Shown: positions 1-14,275 of the stretch, piece by piece
How positions within the stretch are numbered: position 1 is the stretch's first letter
How the letters are laid out: each line of letters opens with the position of its first letter
From: the human T2T-CHM13v2.0 reference genome, Homo sapiens
Assembly: GCF_009914755.1 (NCBI RefSeq)
Contig: NC_060933.1
Length of the DNA: 64,000 bases
Reading direction: 5' to 3' (one strand)
Position numbers and translations under genes: made by a program
Notes under the pieces: generated by a model
The model's database searches: none
Seen by the model: the letters and a program-made list of their open reading frames with translations, nothing else
Told to the model about the DNA's origin: nothing

Positions 1-158
1 CTACAGGTGCCCGCCACCACGCCAGCTAATTTTTTGTATTTTTAGTAGAGACGGGGTTTCACCGTTTTAGCTAGGATGGTCTCCATCTCCTGTCCTCATG
101 ATCCGCCCGCCTCGGCCTCCCAAAGTGCTGGGATTACAGGCATGAGCCTCCGCACCCG
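1..158 (-). mobile_element. AluY-type SINE, left part (cut by window edge)
   Basis: Reverse-complement Alu: ctcggcctcccaaagtgctgggattacagg, gtagagacggggtttcaccg. Confidence 0.95.
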
Positions 159-164
159 AATAAA

Positions 165-445
165 GAAAACTAAAGAAATGTAGCAGATAAATGCAATATG
201 TGACCCTGATTTTGATCCTAGTTAAAAAACATTAGTGGAACCATGAACAAAATATGTAAATAAGGTCTGTAGGTAAGTAACTAATTCCGTATCAATTTCC
301 TAATGTGAGTAACTGTACTCTTAGATATGGTGTTAGCAGTCAAGAAGCTGGGTGAAGAATATATAGGAATTCTTGATTTTTTTAAATATATTTTTGTAAG
401 CTTTAAAGTAGTTCAAAATGAAAATTTTAAAATAAAATGAATAAA
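165..445 (+). mobile_element. Old L1M (L1MC/ME-like) 3' end fragment
   Basis: aaatgcaatatgtgaccctgatt...agctgggtgaagaatatataggaattc followed by A-rich tail. Confidence 0.6.
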
Positions 446-619
446 AAAGAAAAAGGATAGGATGGATCTTCTGAAGTATTGTGCTAAATATGAAATTCAT
501 GGTCCATCCCTGAGGTCTTTTATATTACAGTGTTTAAGATATAAAATAAATGTAAAGAAAACCAAAGAATGATCAATAGTGATTAAAGTTATCACTATTT
601 CTGGATAAAACATGTTCTA

Positions 620-1810
620 CGATAGCACATAACTGGTGATAGCTTGGAGTCATGTGAAGACCTCTCCAAGAAAATGAAATGTAAAGTGATGACTTAAATA
701 TGGAAAAGGAACCATTTGATTAAAAAGCCAAACTATGAAGCTTCAAAGACAAGATGTTACCTTGTGCAAAACCCTGACATGGGGAAAAACTGTGTTTCAA
801 GAGTGGAAAGAGCCCTGTCTCATTAGGAGTGAGGGTCTTGAATGGTGCCTGTGGTTGTAGACAGCAGAGCAGAGCTTTAGCATCCTGGAGATTTGTAATT
901 GTACTCCACAAGTAACTAAAGGATTTAAGGCAGAGGAGGGAAAGAATCTTGCTTACATTACAAAAAATAAAAAAGAAAAAGAAGAAATAAAAAAATAGAA
1001 AAAAAGTAATATATATTATTATTATTACATTGGTTTATAGTAATTGGTTTATATCTAATTTGTTTCCCTGTGTTTATAATACATATATATCTCTGCCTCT
1101 TAAACCAAGAATAATTTTTACAGGGACAAGAATAAACACAAGGAAATGAATTAGAAAACTATTAAAGTGAAAGGACAAGAAGGTGGAGACCTTGTTCAAA
1201 ATAATGAAATACATATTTAAGATATGTGCAAGTTTGAAGAAAAGAGCCACTGATAGGGTTTTGGTGTATTAGATAAGATAAAATCAATGGGAACACCAGC
1301 TGAAGTAAACAAACAAGCATACACACACAAACTGGGAAGCAGAGAAAATAACAAAACTCTACTTAAAACATTATGAATTTCAGTTGTCTATAAAACAATC
1401 CACATTTGATATTAAGTAAGTAGATGACTATGCAAAGCTCTAACTCAGAGAAGATACCAAAATTGGAAATATTCTGAGATGCTATCATGTAACTGGCCTT
1501 TAAACTCATGAAAATGCTTGAGAACACTCAGGGGAAAAAGTGAGTAAGTAGAGAAAAAAGAAAGTACTCAGCTAAGTGGATTGAAGACAGTACAGGAAAT
1601 ATTGAAGGAGACTGTCTATTGTTTGATTGATTTCTTTCAAAGAAAGAATACAAAGTAAGTTGATAACTGAAGGACAACGGTAGGTCAATGTAAACTTTTA
1701 ACAAAAAGGGAATTATTCATTAATGAGAATGATAGTACTAAAATGAGAGGGAGAGCTAAGGGACAGAATTTACTTAATATTGGGAGATCTCATCAATTTA
1801 GCATAAGACA
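620..1810 (-). mobile_element. Decayed L2 LINE fragments, ending at the left inversion breakpoint
   Basis: Purine-rich L2-like blocks, clearest at 1365-1560 (cattatgaatttcagttgtct...gagaacactcaggggaaaaag). Confidence 0.55.
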
Positions 1811-2451
1811 GGGTCCTCATGGAGAACCTCTGCTAGGGCAGTGCAGAAGGAAAATGTGGGGAGGGAGCCCCCACACAGAATCCCTACTGGGGCACCACCT
1901 AGTGGAGCTGTGAGAAGAGGGCCACGGTCTTCCAGACCCCAGAAGTGTAGATCCACTGACAGCTTGCACTGTGTGCATGGAAAAGCTGCAGACACTTAAC
2001 ACCAGCCCATGAAGGCAGCCAGGAGGGAGACTGTACCCTGCAGAGCCAGAGGGGTGGAACTGCCCAAGACCATGGGTATCCACCTCTTGCCTCAGCGTGA
2101 CCTAGATGTGAGACATGGAGTTAAAGGAGCTTTAGATTTGACTGCCCTTCTGGATTTCAGAATTGCATGGGGCTTGTAGCCTCTTTGTTTTGGCCAATTT
2201 CTCCCATTTGCAATGGCTGCGTTTACCCAATCCCTGTACCCCTATAACCCCATTGTATCTAGGAAGTAACTAACTTGATTTTGATTTTACAGGGTCATAG
2301 GTGGAAGGGACTTGCCTTGTCTCAGATGAAACTTTGGACTGTGGACTTTTGAGTTAATGCTAAAAAGAGTTGACATTTTGGGGGACTGTTGGGAAGGCAT
2401 GACTGGTTTTGAAACATGCAGATATGAGATTTGGGAGGGGCTGGAGTGAAA
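1811..2451 (+). mobile_element. THE1A internal region, 3' part only
   Basis: Starts abruptly at gggtcctcatggagaacctctgctagggcagtg; ends in the purine tract gggaggggctggagtgaaa just before the LTR. Confidence 0.92.
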
Positions 2452-2810
2452 TGATATGGTTTGGCTCTGTGTCCCCATCCAAATCTCATCTTCTAGCTCC
2501 CATAATTTCTGTATGTAGTGGGAGGGACCTGATGGGAGAAGACTGAATCATGGGGGCAGGTCTTTCCCATGCTGTTCTCATAATAGTGAATGGGTCTCAC
2601 AAGATCTAGTGGTGTTAAAAACAGGATTTTCTCTGCACAAGCTCTTTTTTTGCCTGCTGCCACCCACATAAGATGTGTCTTGCTCCTTTTTACCATGATT
2701 GTGAGTCCTCCCCAGCCATGTGGAACTGTATGTCCAATAAACCTTTTTCTTTTGTAAGTTGTCCAGTCGTGGGTATGTCTTTATCAGCAGTGTTAAAATG
2801 GACTAATACA
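2452..2810 (+). mobile_element. THE1A 3' LTR (MaLR)
   Basis: tgatatggtttggctctgtgtcccc...ggactaataca; TG..CA termini; aataaa; followed by ATCAC. Confidence 0.95.
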
Positions 2811-4235
2811 ATCACTCTATCAAATGAGATAATATTTATTCCTTTACCACTGACAACTCTCTCTCGGCTCTTCTATTCAATCATGTTACTGATAGACGCT
2901 TTGCTTTTTGTTTTTGTTGTTTAACCTGATTGTTATAGCTTATTTTATGAATTTCTGTTCTTCTTTTAATTTTACAACAATTTTACTATTTCTCCTTACA
3001 TGTTTATAAGTCATATGGAGACTCCTTCTCATCTACCCTGACCCCAGAATATTAAAACTTTTCAGAGTTTCAGGATTAATTCCATTATATGGACATGATT
3101 CCTTGAGATAGGAAAAACTGATTGGATTGTGACATTAGACTTATCAGAATCTAAGATCTTACAAAATATAAAGCTTTACTAGTAATTTCACGAACTCAGG
3201 TAATCATTAGGCATGGGCAAATCAGAGAATTATTTAGATCTCTTAATCTGATTCTTTAGATCCTTGGTTCTGTCATTAGATACTCCCTTGCCCAGGCAGA
3301 TAGATGAGACTTCTAGAGAGGTATGCAGACAATTTATTTACATGGAGATACCTGTCTCAATTATCAAATATCTTAATTTTTATGCAGATAGTTACATATG
3401 TGGTATATGTGACATTTTCCAGGGAGCCCCATAAATCCACAACCTTCTACTTTGTTAACCATAAGCAATTCTAAACGACCAAGTACATTCTGCTAAAAGC
3501 ATTTCTGTGATAGATAATCACTCTCCTGCCAGCAAAAAAACAAATTGTTTGTCAGGAGCTGTCATTAGTATGTTTATATAAGCAAAATGGGCTTCCTTCC
3601 TTCTGTGGATCCTGGCAGGGCATCTCAGTAATCAGAAAGAATCAAAGACCCTTTCCTTCCCAATCTGCTCTGGCCTTGGTCAACATCTTAGTGCCAAATA
3701 TTGCTGGTGTATTATCATTATTGGCTTACACCATTTTCTGCAGTGTTTCACTTAAGCCAACTAATACTCTGACCTTGATTTGAACCATCCAACAGAGAGT
3801 AGGAATTCCCTCCACAAAGCATGTTACTCATTAACATCTTCCTTTACAAGTCTCTTGATGTTCATTCACAAACTCAATTACCTTTTTCCTCCATCAACCT
3901 CAATTATTTGCATCATTTTCCATGGGCCTATGGGAGTATTTAATTGAATACATATTTTTTCTTCTCAAATCAAATTTTCTGAAAAAAATTTGTTTCTATG
4001 AACTGTATTTTAGGTATATTCCAGGTTGGTACAAACACTAATTTTCAGGGGTCATTATGTCAAAGAGCCCATCCACACCCCATGGCCTACATATGTCAAA
4101 GGATTGTTCTTTATTCATCCACTTTCTATGAATTCCACACACGGGAGATAAACTTCTTTTTCATCCATATTACCAGGGTTGTCAGGGAGCAACACTGAAG
4201 GTCACAGTGTTCAGTGAAACCTTGCCATAACTTAG

Positions 4236-4703
<468 letters not shown>

Positions 4704-5990
4704 GTTGAGCTTGTTTCTTTATGAATTCCTGCAACTCAACATTAAAGACATAATATCCCACAGTGATTAATATATCCAATAGTCCTTCCTGACCAAAGGT
4801 ACAAAGTTAATCCTAGTGTTGTTAATAAGCATGGAAGTCATTATTTATTCAGTGTCTTCGGTTCAAGCATTGTCTTAAACCAAACTGATTTCCTACTACA
4901 ACTGAGTCCTCTAAAAACAGCTTCCTCTAGTGTTCCTATTTGAAGTAGCAAGTCATTTTTATCATAATGATGGGCCTCCTAGAACACTACTTCAATTAGA
5001 TTTAATATCACATGACCAAATCCTGTAATTCTTTCAAAATGCCTGGCAAAGGAGCCAGTGCTGCTTAACTTGCCACTCATGTAGTTCATATTATGTGCTA
5101 ATTAAATGTGTCTAGTTTGAAAGCATTGTCTACACCTACAAATAATGTGCTTCATGAAATTCTCAATTAGGTATATCCTAGCACCAGATACCGTTTTATC
5201 TGGCTGTGCCATAGGCTTCCCTTAAATGTCCTCTACTTACCTCTCGAGGGAGTTATTTATAATTTTAAAGCATTAAAGCAAACATAAAATCACATTCTCT
5301 GAGGCTTTCTAGGTTCTAGTTTTATATTATTTAAATTAATTCCATTTACATTCACACTGATATGTTCAAAGCAACAGACCAGATCAAGCTGTGACATACC
5401 AGACAGGCAGCCACTATCTGCTTTCTATCATAACCAGGGAGCTGTCTTAGCAATGTATCATTTTGATTTATGGCCATATAGGGTGCAGAAATTCTATTCT
5501 ACAGCATCCTCTGCTCTGTACAATTCATTGGTAGTTTCTCTGGAAAAAAATAATCTAGAATGGTAAACAAAGCCTAGAAACTGAGTGATAACTGTAGTCA
5601 ACTACACACAAGCTGAGTTGTCAGGGGGCACTTTGTCATCTGTTTTATTCAAATTATACAGGTAGAACATCCAAATCAGTAGGAGTCCAATTTTCCTTTT
5701 CTGCAGTAAGCAGGCCAAGAGATTTTCACCAACAAAGCCCATTTGTTTGGATGACAATAGCAAAAGATAGTTAAGTATGATATCCTCACTCTGAGCTGTT
5801 TGCATGAAAATATTGTAGTGGCTTCCCTCCACGGTAATGTAATCTACTTATAAACACCTTTCCCATCTGCTATGATTTTACCCTATTTCCAAATGCTTCC
5901 TCCCAATATCAGGCTGTATAACTCATCATGCATAATGTTTGCCCGCACAATCAATAACAAGAACCTTACTAGCACACCCAAACAAATGTT

Positions 5991-6088
5991 TGGGTTTTAT
6001 TTGTTTGTTTGTTTAACTTTTATTTTAAGTTCATGGGTACATGTGCAGATTTGTTACACAGGTAAACTTGTGTCATGGGGTTTGTTGT
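5991..6088 (-). mobile_element. Very short L1P 3'-end insertion with 12-bp TSD
   Basis: ttttaagttcatgggtacatgtgcagatttgttacacaggtaaac; caaacaaatgtt at 5979-5990 and 6089-6100. Confidence 0.85.
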
Positions 6089-6464
6089 CAAACAAATGTT
6101 ATAAGTGACAGACAAAGGACCTCAGAAGTCTCTCCTCTGCTTGATAATGGAGCTACCTTCACCTTTAGCCCTAATTGGTTACATAGGAAGGAACTTTTGA
6201 TCCACCACAAATTACCTTTCAGAAAAGGCACAGTCAAATTAAATGACACAAATATCATGTCTTGGGTATTGTATAATCTTCCTCTGGTGCAAGTAAATTT
6301 AAAACTGGGTTTGAGACCGCCATTAGAGGCCAAATAAAAGTATTAGAGGTGGGAAAGATATAAAGTTATATATTATTGCATTCTCCTTCACTCCCTCATT
6401 ACTACCTCTTGATATTAGTAAGGCACAGTGGATTTTGTTATTTATTTCTCATATTAGTCTCAGG

Positions 6465-6562
6465 ACGCAATGGTTTCACTAAATGAACCCTTAATAATTT
6501 TTGAGCAAGGGGCCTTGCTTTTCATTTTTCACTGGGTTACAGAAGTTATGTAGCTGGTCCTT
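6465..6562 (+). mobile_element. MER91A-like hAT fragment
   Basis: ttaataatttttgagcaaggggcc...ttatgtagctggtcct; similar to 7780-7900 and 19314-19490. Confidence 0.6.
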
Positions 6563-6869
6563 CCTGTTGACATTGGCTGTGTCATTCAGTGCAACAGCAT
6601 GTGTCTTTCAAATGGATTATAGCAAACAGCTGCCACAGGCATATTTTGAGTCAAAATCCTAAGGAGTCTAAATTGGTGGTCTCATTTAACTTTTCCTAAA
6701 GGGCTCTAGTTTGGGTATGCCCTAATATCATCTGACCAGTTGGATGGGATCATAAGGGCCTAATGTTATTGCCTGTGCTACCACCTACCACAATACTTTT
6801 CATGCTTATTTCTGTTCAGTACCTGCAGTGAGTTAAGTAGTGCTCTTCTGAAATTATTATTCATTCAGA

Positions 6870-7250
6870 ATCTCAGAAGGTGACCTTCTTTAGAAATTTG
6901 CACATATAATTAGTTAAGATGAGCTCCTACTAGATTAAGGAGGGTCCTAATTCCAATGACTGGAGGTGTTTTTATAAGAAGAGAGGACACATGGAGAAGA
7001 GATTGAAAATGAAAGCAGAAATTGGAGTAATAAATCTATAAGTAATAAAGCTCCAAAAATTTGTAGGAGAGAGTAGAACCTAGGCAGGGGCAAGAAAAGA
7101 TTTTTTTCTGTGGCTTTTCAAGGAAGCGTGACCCTATTGACTCCTTGGCTTCAGACTTCTAGCCTCCAGAACTGTGAAATAATAAATTTCAGTTGTTTTA
7201 AGCTACCCAGTCTGTGGTAATTTGTTCCAGCAGCCCTAGGAAAGTACTAC
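6870..7250 (+). mobile_element. MLT1 (MaLR) LTR
   Basis: cagacttctagcctccagaactgtgaaataataaatttcagttgttttaagc...gcagccctaggaaa. Confidence 0.85.
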
Positions 7251-7384
7251 AATGCTGTATTCACGTTCTGAACTCTTTCCAGTTATTTTGTGAGTATGGG
7301 TAGACAAGATTCTTAGAACAGTCTTGACAGTCTCTGAGTTTATTGCTTATTGGTGGGTCCTATGAAAGATAAATTACTTCTCAC

Positions 7385-7488
7385 AGTTTAAGGAATGTCC
7401 TAAGTTGATCTGCACTAATTTATAGGATTTAGTTGGAGTTTAAGGAATGTCCTAAGTTGATCTGTACTAATTTCCAGGAATTAATTTG
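7385..7488. repeat. 52-bp tandem duplication (2 copies)
   Basis: agtttaaggaatgtcctaagttgatctg(c/t)actaattt starts at 7385 and 7437. Confidence 0.9.
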
Positions 7489-7779
7489 CACCTTGGGCTG
7501 TGCCTTAAATTCTAGCTGGATTTATCAGCCAGCTTCTATTTGTAATATGGGTGACTATGGTCCTTAACTCCTCTCCTAATTTTTGCTCTGAGAAGAAAAT
7601 TATCATCATACCATGAAAGTAGTAGATGAACTCTATCTTTTAGGTTATTCTTTACCAGATTATGGAAATGTGATAATGAATTTTTTTTAAATCCATGATA
7701 AGACAGTAAACATATACTTGTTTCTATTCTGCAAAGCTTAAAATTTTCCTACTTGAAATTAAAAAAAAAAACTCTTAGG

Positions 7780-7900
7780 AGGCCCCTGAGATTGGTTTAA
7801 TGCTCTGTTGTAGCTATCTGGAAATTCTTAATAATTTTTGAGTAAGTATCCATGCATTTTCATTTTATACTCAGCTCTATGAATTATGTAGTTAATCTTG
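7780..7900 (+). mobile_element. MER91A-like hAT fragment
   Basis: ggtttaatgctctgttg...ttaataatttttgag...ttttcattttatactcag. Confidence 0.55.
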
Positions 7901-10900
7901 ATAACATATCAGAGCCTCTTGTCTACTTTATTTTCTGTACATTCTTCATCCTATCAGGTACAGATAAAGCATGCAAATGAACCACCTTGATACTCTACTG
8001 TAAATGTCCAGGGGCTACCTACTTATTGACCAGTTAGAACTACAAAAAGGAAGTTAATGTGGGGAGGGGAACTTCCTTCTGAACCATTTTCTTAATTACA
8101 ACAGTAGTCTCTTATTGCGCCCTTGGAATTCTGCATTGCTTAATATTTACTACTGTGGAGAGCTTGAGCAATTCCAAAGGATCCCATTTGGCATAGCTGA
8201 TTAAAATTTGGTGAAGAGTGAGCTCAGTCTTCATCCTCTGTGGAAACACAAAGACGACAATGTCCCATTCATATTGAATGACAATTGCAATTTTGTATTT
8301 ATGTAAAGGTAGCACAAGCAGGTAATATTCTCTCCAACCACACATTTCAACCTGTAACTTCATCTTTACCTTGGTTTCCTCCCTGATGTTCTCTTCATGC
8401 ACTCCAGATTTCACTTAGAGCATGTATGAGACTCTTTCCTACCTTCCATAAGGCCTACTGTAAATTCTGCTCTACATCCTACCAATGATAAGAAACTTTG
8501 AATACCACCCCAGGTAACTTTGTTCAAATTATATATATGGCCTCAGATCCATGACTGGGGCTGGAATGAACAGACCTCAGTTCTTTATTTAATTGTTTTC
8601 AGATTCTACGGCTTTAATTAAGGCAGTAAACTCAGCCCCCTGTTCAAGTATGTTCTATTCTATATCACTATCCTCATAATTGGATTTGAACTCTTTCAGC
8701 CACAATAAATAAAGCAAATTTTCTATGATTCTTTAAGGGATTGGTGGGGGCTACAGTACTCCTTTCCTCTGATTCAAAAGTTGATAATGTGCTTTTATTT
8801 TCTTATTAAAAATTCTATCAAGGCTTACTTTTTAAATCCTATTTATATTTTCTTCAAAAGTAAATTAATTCAAGTGAGCTGCCTTTCTATTTTCTCTTCT
8901 GATTTTTAATTTCTCCCTGTTGTGCACATGATATAAATGCTTTTTCTCCGTATAATCCCATGTATAGTAACTAAACCTGTATGTGTGTTACTGTTCTCTG
9001 AATATATATATTTGGCCCTCAAGGTTATATAAGTCTTGTAAGACAGAGAATCATTAGCTTATCCCATTCACTCTATCTCTTATTATTTGTATCAATAGCA
9101 TTAACTAAGGTGTTTTCTCTCTGGAAAATATAAAGCCTGTCAACATTTACACTTGTATCATTCCTATCATGTGAAAAGGAGAATCCAATTGGCAATTTGG
9201 AGAGGAGTAGTAGCAGTTACCCTTCTCAGTATAGGACTGACAAATCTCACCTTAACAACTGCAGCCGATAAGCTGTCACAGTATTTGGAAGTGTTTTCTC
9301 AAAAGTTTACAGCCATTTAATGATTAGCCATGACCATGAATAGTCCTTTGCATCAGATAATAATAGAATTGCAACATGTCCTCCATCATTAATTTGAAGA
9401 ATCCATGCCAATGTTAATTCACCAGTCTTCTGTTAGTGAATACTCTGTTCTTTAATAAAATATAGTTTTCACTCATCACCTGTCCTTGGACTCCGGTTAC
9501 ATAAATAGTTTGTCCAATAATCAATATTTTGAGTCATTTCTAAGGATACATGAAATTTCTCCAAGAAACCAGGGAGGGATAAGAAGGTTTTCCAGTGAAT
9601 AAAATGTAATCTCGCAGCTTTTTCTCCCACTATCATCTCCTCCTATTAAAAACTAACCTATTAAAAGGTTAGCTTTTACAGGTATGCTAGCAGGAGTCAG
9701 TCAATGGGATTTGCACCCAATTTCCCTTTGTCCATGTACTCCCTAGACCCGTACTCCCAGACTGTAGTCTATGGCCCCCAGATTTCAATGGTAAGACTTA
9801 TTTCCCTTAACCTGCCTCAAAGATTCCACTACCTCATACCAAAAATGTACAGCCAACTATCCTGAGAACAAATTCTCATATTTTTCCATTATTTCTTTTT
9901 GAAAAGGAGCCCAGGTAGAAAAAGAAAACATTCACTATTTTGGTGTGTGGGTCTAAAAGACAATCCTGCTCTCAGTGCCAATCTGAACCCACAAAAAGCA
10001 TTGAATTGTCAAATCGGACTCACATTGAAGATTTTGCTCAGTATCATGCTTTCTGAATAATTTCAAAGATAAAATAATCATGTATGGGTTAAGTGGGGAG
10101 AGACCTGTGTCCTTTCATCTTCATTGAATGTGGTCTCATCCAAGTTTCTAGATTTGGTTTCTAAGTAAAATGTACAGTTGCTTTACTTACTCAGGTGTAT
10201 TCTCAGTTACAAACCATCTCCTTTTATACTTAGATAGCAACACAGCTAACGTGACATTTTCTTGGGAATCATCACCCTACATTTATTGATTCCTGGCTTA
10301 TTTTTCATAAGCAATTTTAGACAACTCCGCATGGTCTGCTAGAAACATTTTATGAAGAATGATTCTTTGGCTACCAAAAACTATTTAGTTTATTTTCTAA
10401 GAGACTTGCATTAATATGTTTGCAGAAAAATTAAACCAGAACACCTGACTTCTTTATTTCCCAGGAGTTTTCCTCCACACCTGCCCCCATCAGGGGAGAA
10501 AATTGATCAGGAGGTACCACCCCTTTCCACACCATTCTTGAATCTATTCTACAGAACTCTCTCACATGGTCTAGCAATATGTTTAAGGTAGAACCCTTTT
10601 TCTATCAATATTTCTTATGTGTTAAATTTGCATTATTATATGTTGACTAGAAATTATATATTCCTTCTTAAACATTAATCATAATGAATCTAAAAACCTA
10701 ATTTATTTCAACCAATAAATTTCTCTTTAATTCCTGTCCTCAACATTCTTGTCCTCAATATTCCTATTGTTACTGTTACAGTTATGAAATCATCTTAATG
10801 AAATCACAGCTAGACCAGTGCATTAATTTAAAACAATAGCATCCTTTTTCTATAATTTAACTTCTTCAAACTTTTCTTCACTGTTGTATAATGATAATTA

Positions 10901-11560
10901 CTCTAAAATGACAATCTGATCATTAAAACTTTAATCATTTACTCTCTGCCAATTTCATAAATAAATATTTGATTCACAGTTGTTATTTCTTCTTCAAGAT
11001 ACATCAAATAATCCACCTTTATGAAAAGCAATTTACTGTTTCATAAATGTGCTTTATTATGTCACATATTCAGTCTTTTAAACATTTTGTGCCATCCTTG
11101 GTCATCAAATAAATTTCTATCTACTAAACATGACTGACTTAGAAAAACGATAGCCTTAGTTTCATGCATGTCTCCATCAATTTTGGAATTGCTTTTATGC
11201 CCAAACTGCAGTGGGAGAAAAACACACAACAAAATTGTGTTGATTGTTATCTCTTTAAAACCACAACCTTGAAAAGCAAATGTGCCTTTAAGGCGGCCAA
11301 ACAAGCCCATTTTTCTTTTGTTAGCCATTGCCTTCTTCCTCTTATGTAAGATTAACTTATGGATTCTTTCCTCATTTCACACCCCTCACATACTTTTCTT
11401 CAATCTCAATGCCAGCTGATGACCTTGTTTCCTGTGTCAAAAAATAAATACATAGATAGATAAATAACAATCAAGAGGAAATGTATGCAGACTCCCACTA
11501 CTACATATACTTAACGCCAGTATCTAAAATTACGCACTACTCATCCTGCATATTAATAGA

Positions 11561-11791
11561 GCAGGGTCTTTTCTCTGGTACTATGGACAAACTGAGCCAG
11601 ATAATTCTATGTTTGGGATGGGGTGTTGGAAAGGTTGCCTTGTATGTTGCAGGATGTTTAGCAACATCCCTGGCCTCTCCAATTCGATGCTAGTAGTAAC
11701 TCCATTCACAAGTTGTGACAACAGAAAACATCTCCAAACATTGCCAATTGGCTCCTTGCAGAGTGAAATCTCTCCTTAAAGAAAACCACTG
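11561..11791 (+). mobile_element. MER20 (hAT-Charlie)
   Basis: gcaggatgtttagcaacatccctggcctct...gttgtgacaacagaaaacatctccaaacattgcc...aaccactg. Confidence 0.85.
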
Positions 11792-12304
11792 CCAGAAATG
11801 AAATGTTTATACACCTACCTCAAGCTTACGCCTTTACTTGTTCATCAACTCTTTCTGACTACACAGGCTATAGACAGATACTTTTCAATACTTACCCCTC
11901 TTATACGTAATCAAATTTTCCTCATTATTGGGTCATTTCATGATCATACAAATAAGCTATTACTTCTGTCATACTAGAAAATAAAAGCAAATAAGCAACC
12001 AGTATTCTTCATTTTCCCCATTTTCGTTGTCAGATACCACCAGGGAATTTGATCCCTTTTTCACCAAAACTCTTTAAAAGGATAATTTATAGTCACTGTG
12101 TCATTTGCTCCTTGCATTTTCTCTTTAATCATTTCATTTCCATACAGATTTTTGCCCCCCACTACTCTAATTAAACCTGTCCTCCACTTTGTTAATCTTA
12201 TAGTTATTTTTCTCACCTTACTTGATTTATCAGCAGCATTTGAAGTAGATTATTCTCATAATACTATCTTCATTTGACTCCCTGGTTTTATATTATTTGT
12301 ATAC

Positions 12305-12350
12305 TTCTCTCTCTCTCTGTCTCCCTCCCTCTCTCTCTCTCTCTCTCTCT
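12305..12350. repeat. (TC)n microsatellite
   Basis: Direct reading. Confidence 0.9.
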
Positions 12351-12591
12351 TTTAGTGTTTTCTTCTATTCCTCAGACTCAATGTTGGAATGCTCCAGGCC
12401 TCAGTATTTTATTTCCCCCCACCATCATCTTTCTCTGTACTTCTTTCCTTGGTTATCTCATCCAATCTCGTGGTTTTACATGCAGTGTAAATGCTAATGA
12501 CTCCCAAATTTATATTTCCATGCCATATCTCTATCCCAAATTCCACACGCATAAATCCAATTGCATTTTTTACACTTCCACCTGAATGTCG

Positions 12592-13097
12592 TGATGATAA
12601 TGGGTCTATTTTTCCTGAGACCCATTCCTCACTCTGCCCAGTTCAGTTCATAAGACAGAGGGGATGAACACTGTGGATTATGTAGCTCAGATTTTCTGAA
12701 AGCTGGCTTCCAGTTAGGCTCAAACAATAGGAGACACATGTAGAAAGATGAAAGGCAGGAACAAGGAGAAATCTAGATATTGTCTCATTTTCTCCCTGTC
12801 ATCCCTAATAACAGTTACATTTTTTACAGGCTCCTGCTCCTTTACATAGGCCCACTGTGGTTCCAGCTTCCCCCAAATATCCCTCCCTGCAGCTCCAGTA
12901 GTACAGCCTCCTATCCCTGTTCTCCAAGGGAAGGTGATAGTAGCCTCCCATTGTTGCTAAATTGTAGGTTGCCTCACTGTCCCCTGGTTGGCTTTAATTT
13001 TTTTAAAGTTATTTCTACCATCAATTACCTGTATCAATTCCCTTTGTTTTAAATTCTCAATGATTTCAGTTTTCCTGGCTAGTTTCTGATTACTTCA
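12592..13097 (+). mobile_element. LTR33-like ERVL LTR
   Basis: ctggcttccagttaggctc; cccattgttgcta...ttgcctcactgtccc. Confidence 0.65.
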
Positions 13098-14149
13098 GAT
13101 ACCTAATGGAAATCTCAAAGAAAGTATGACTCAAGAGAAATTGTTGATTTCCATCTCCCAGCTACTACCAAACCTGTTTATGCTTATTCATTTCATTTGA
13201 TGGCAAGTCCTTCCTCTGGTTGCTTAAACTCAAAGACTTTATAATATGTAGAATCAACTACTTCTCACCATGTCTACTGAGGTGTGAATTACTACTGTTT
13301 TCCTCTTGGATAAAGTCAATATCTAAAGAGGGGACTTTTCCTAAAAGTGTCCTCTTACAGTCAGTTACCAACACAATATCCACAGTCATCCTTTTTACAT
13401 AAAAGAGCGTGTCACTTCTCTTCTTAGGACCTGTAGTGACCCTCTCTTTCATTGATGGTAAAATTCTAAGGCAGTGTGAGTTTTAAAATACCCTGTAAAT
13501 ATGTACAATTATTATGTCATTTAAATATAATATATATTTTTAAAAATTAAAAACGTATATCAAGGCCCAAATTACTTCTGTGTGCTCATCGTTAACTCCC
13601 CTTCCTCACTCATCTCCAGCCACACTGGTTTCCTTGAACCCCTTCAAACAAGCCAGATATGGGGCTGTCTTGGGCTTTTGCACCGTCTTTTCCCTCTGCC
13701 TGGGTTCCCTTCTTTCAGATATCTACATGTTTAATCCCTCACCACCTTTAAATTTTTGCATAAATGCTATCTTTTCAATGATGTTTTCTACGGCCTCCCT
13801 ACTTAGCATCTCAACCTGTTTCTTGGACCAGCATTAGAAAATGAATATAGAGAGATGAACACAATATATATGGCCCTGCCCTCATAGTCCTAGCAATCTA
13901 CAGGGACACAAAATAATATGCAAAAAAGTATTTGAATTATCTTCAGCACCTTTCTAAAGAAAAAAAGCTACTTAAAACTTACACTTAGAAATGCTCAATA
14001 TGAGTCAATACATTATGTCACCACCTAAAGTAACAAGATGTTAGGCTGCAACTGCTGTATGTTTTGAATGAGACTCATTACACTATGAAGTCACATACTT
14101 GTTTAATATTATAATAAGACAGAACTAAATTTAAATCATAGTTATACCA

Positions 14150-14275
14150 AACACTAGCTACACTGAATCTCTACATCTCAATGTTCTCACCAGCAAAATC
14201 AAGCTTATAATAATACTAGCTTCTTCAAGTTATTTAAAAGATAAATGAGCTAAGACATGTAATGCTCATAGCCCA
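14150..14275 (+). mobile_element. MIR fragment
   Basis: tctcaatgttctcaccagcaaaat...ataataatactagcttc...ataaatgagctaa. Confidence 0.55.

Larger units (their letters stand above)
11380..13830 (+). mobile_element. L2 LINE, interrupted by MER20 and an LTR33-like LTR
   Basis: gctgatgaccttg, aatgctaatgactcccaaatttatatttcc, ctccagccacactgg motifs. Confidence 0.7.

Noticed and set aside
6041-6337. LLDNGAT, resembling a retroviral protease motif, in a + ORF
   Set aside because: Opposite strand and wrong position relative to the minus-strand pol motifs; ORF starts in an L1 fragment; likely chance
10360-10385. tggtagcc on the minus strand as a possible primer-binding site for the ERVL relic
   Set aside because: Match too short and no recognisable LTR beside it
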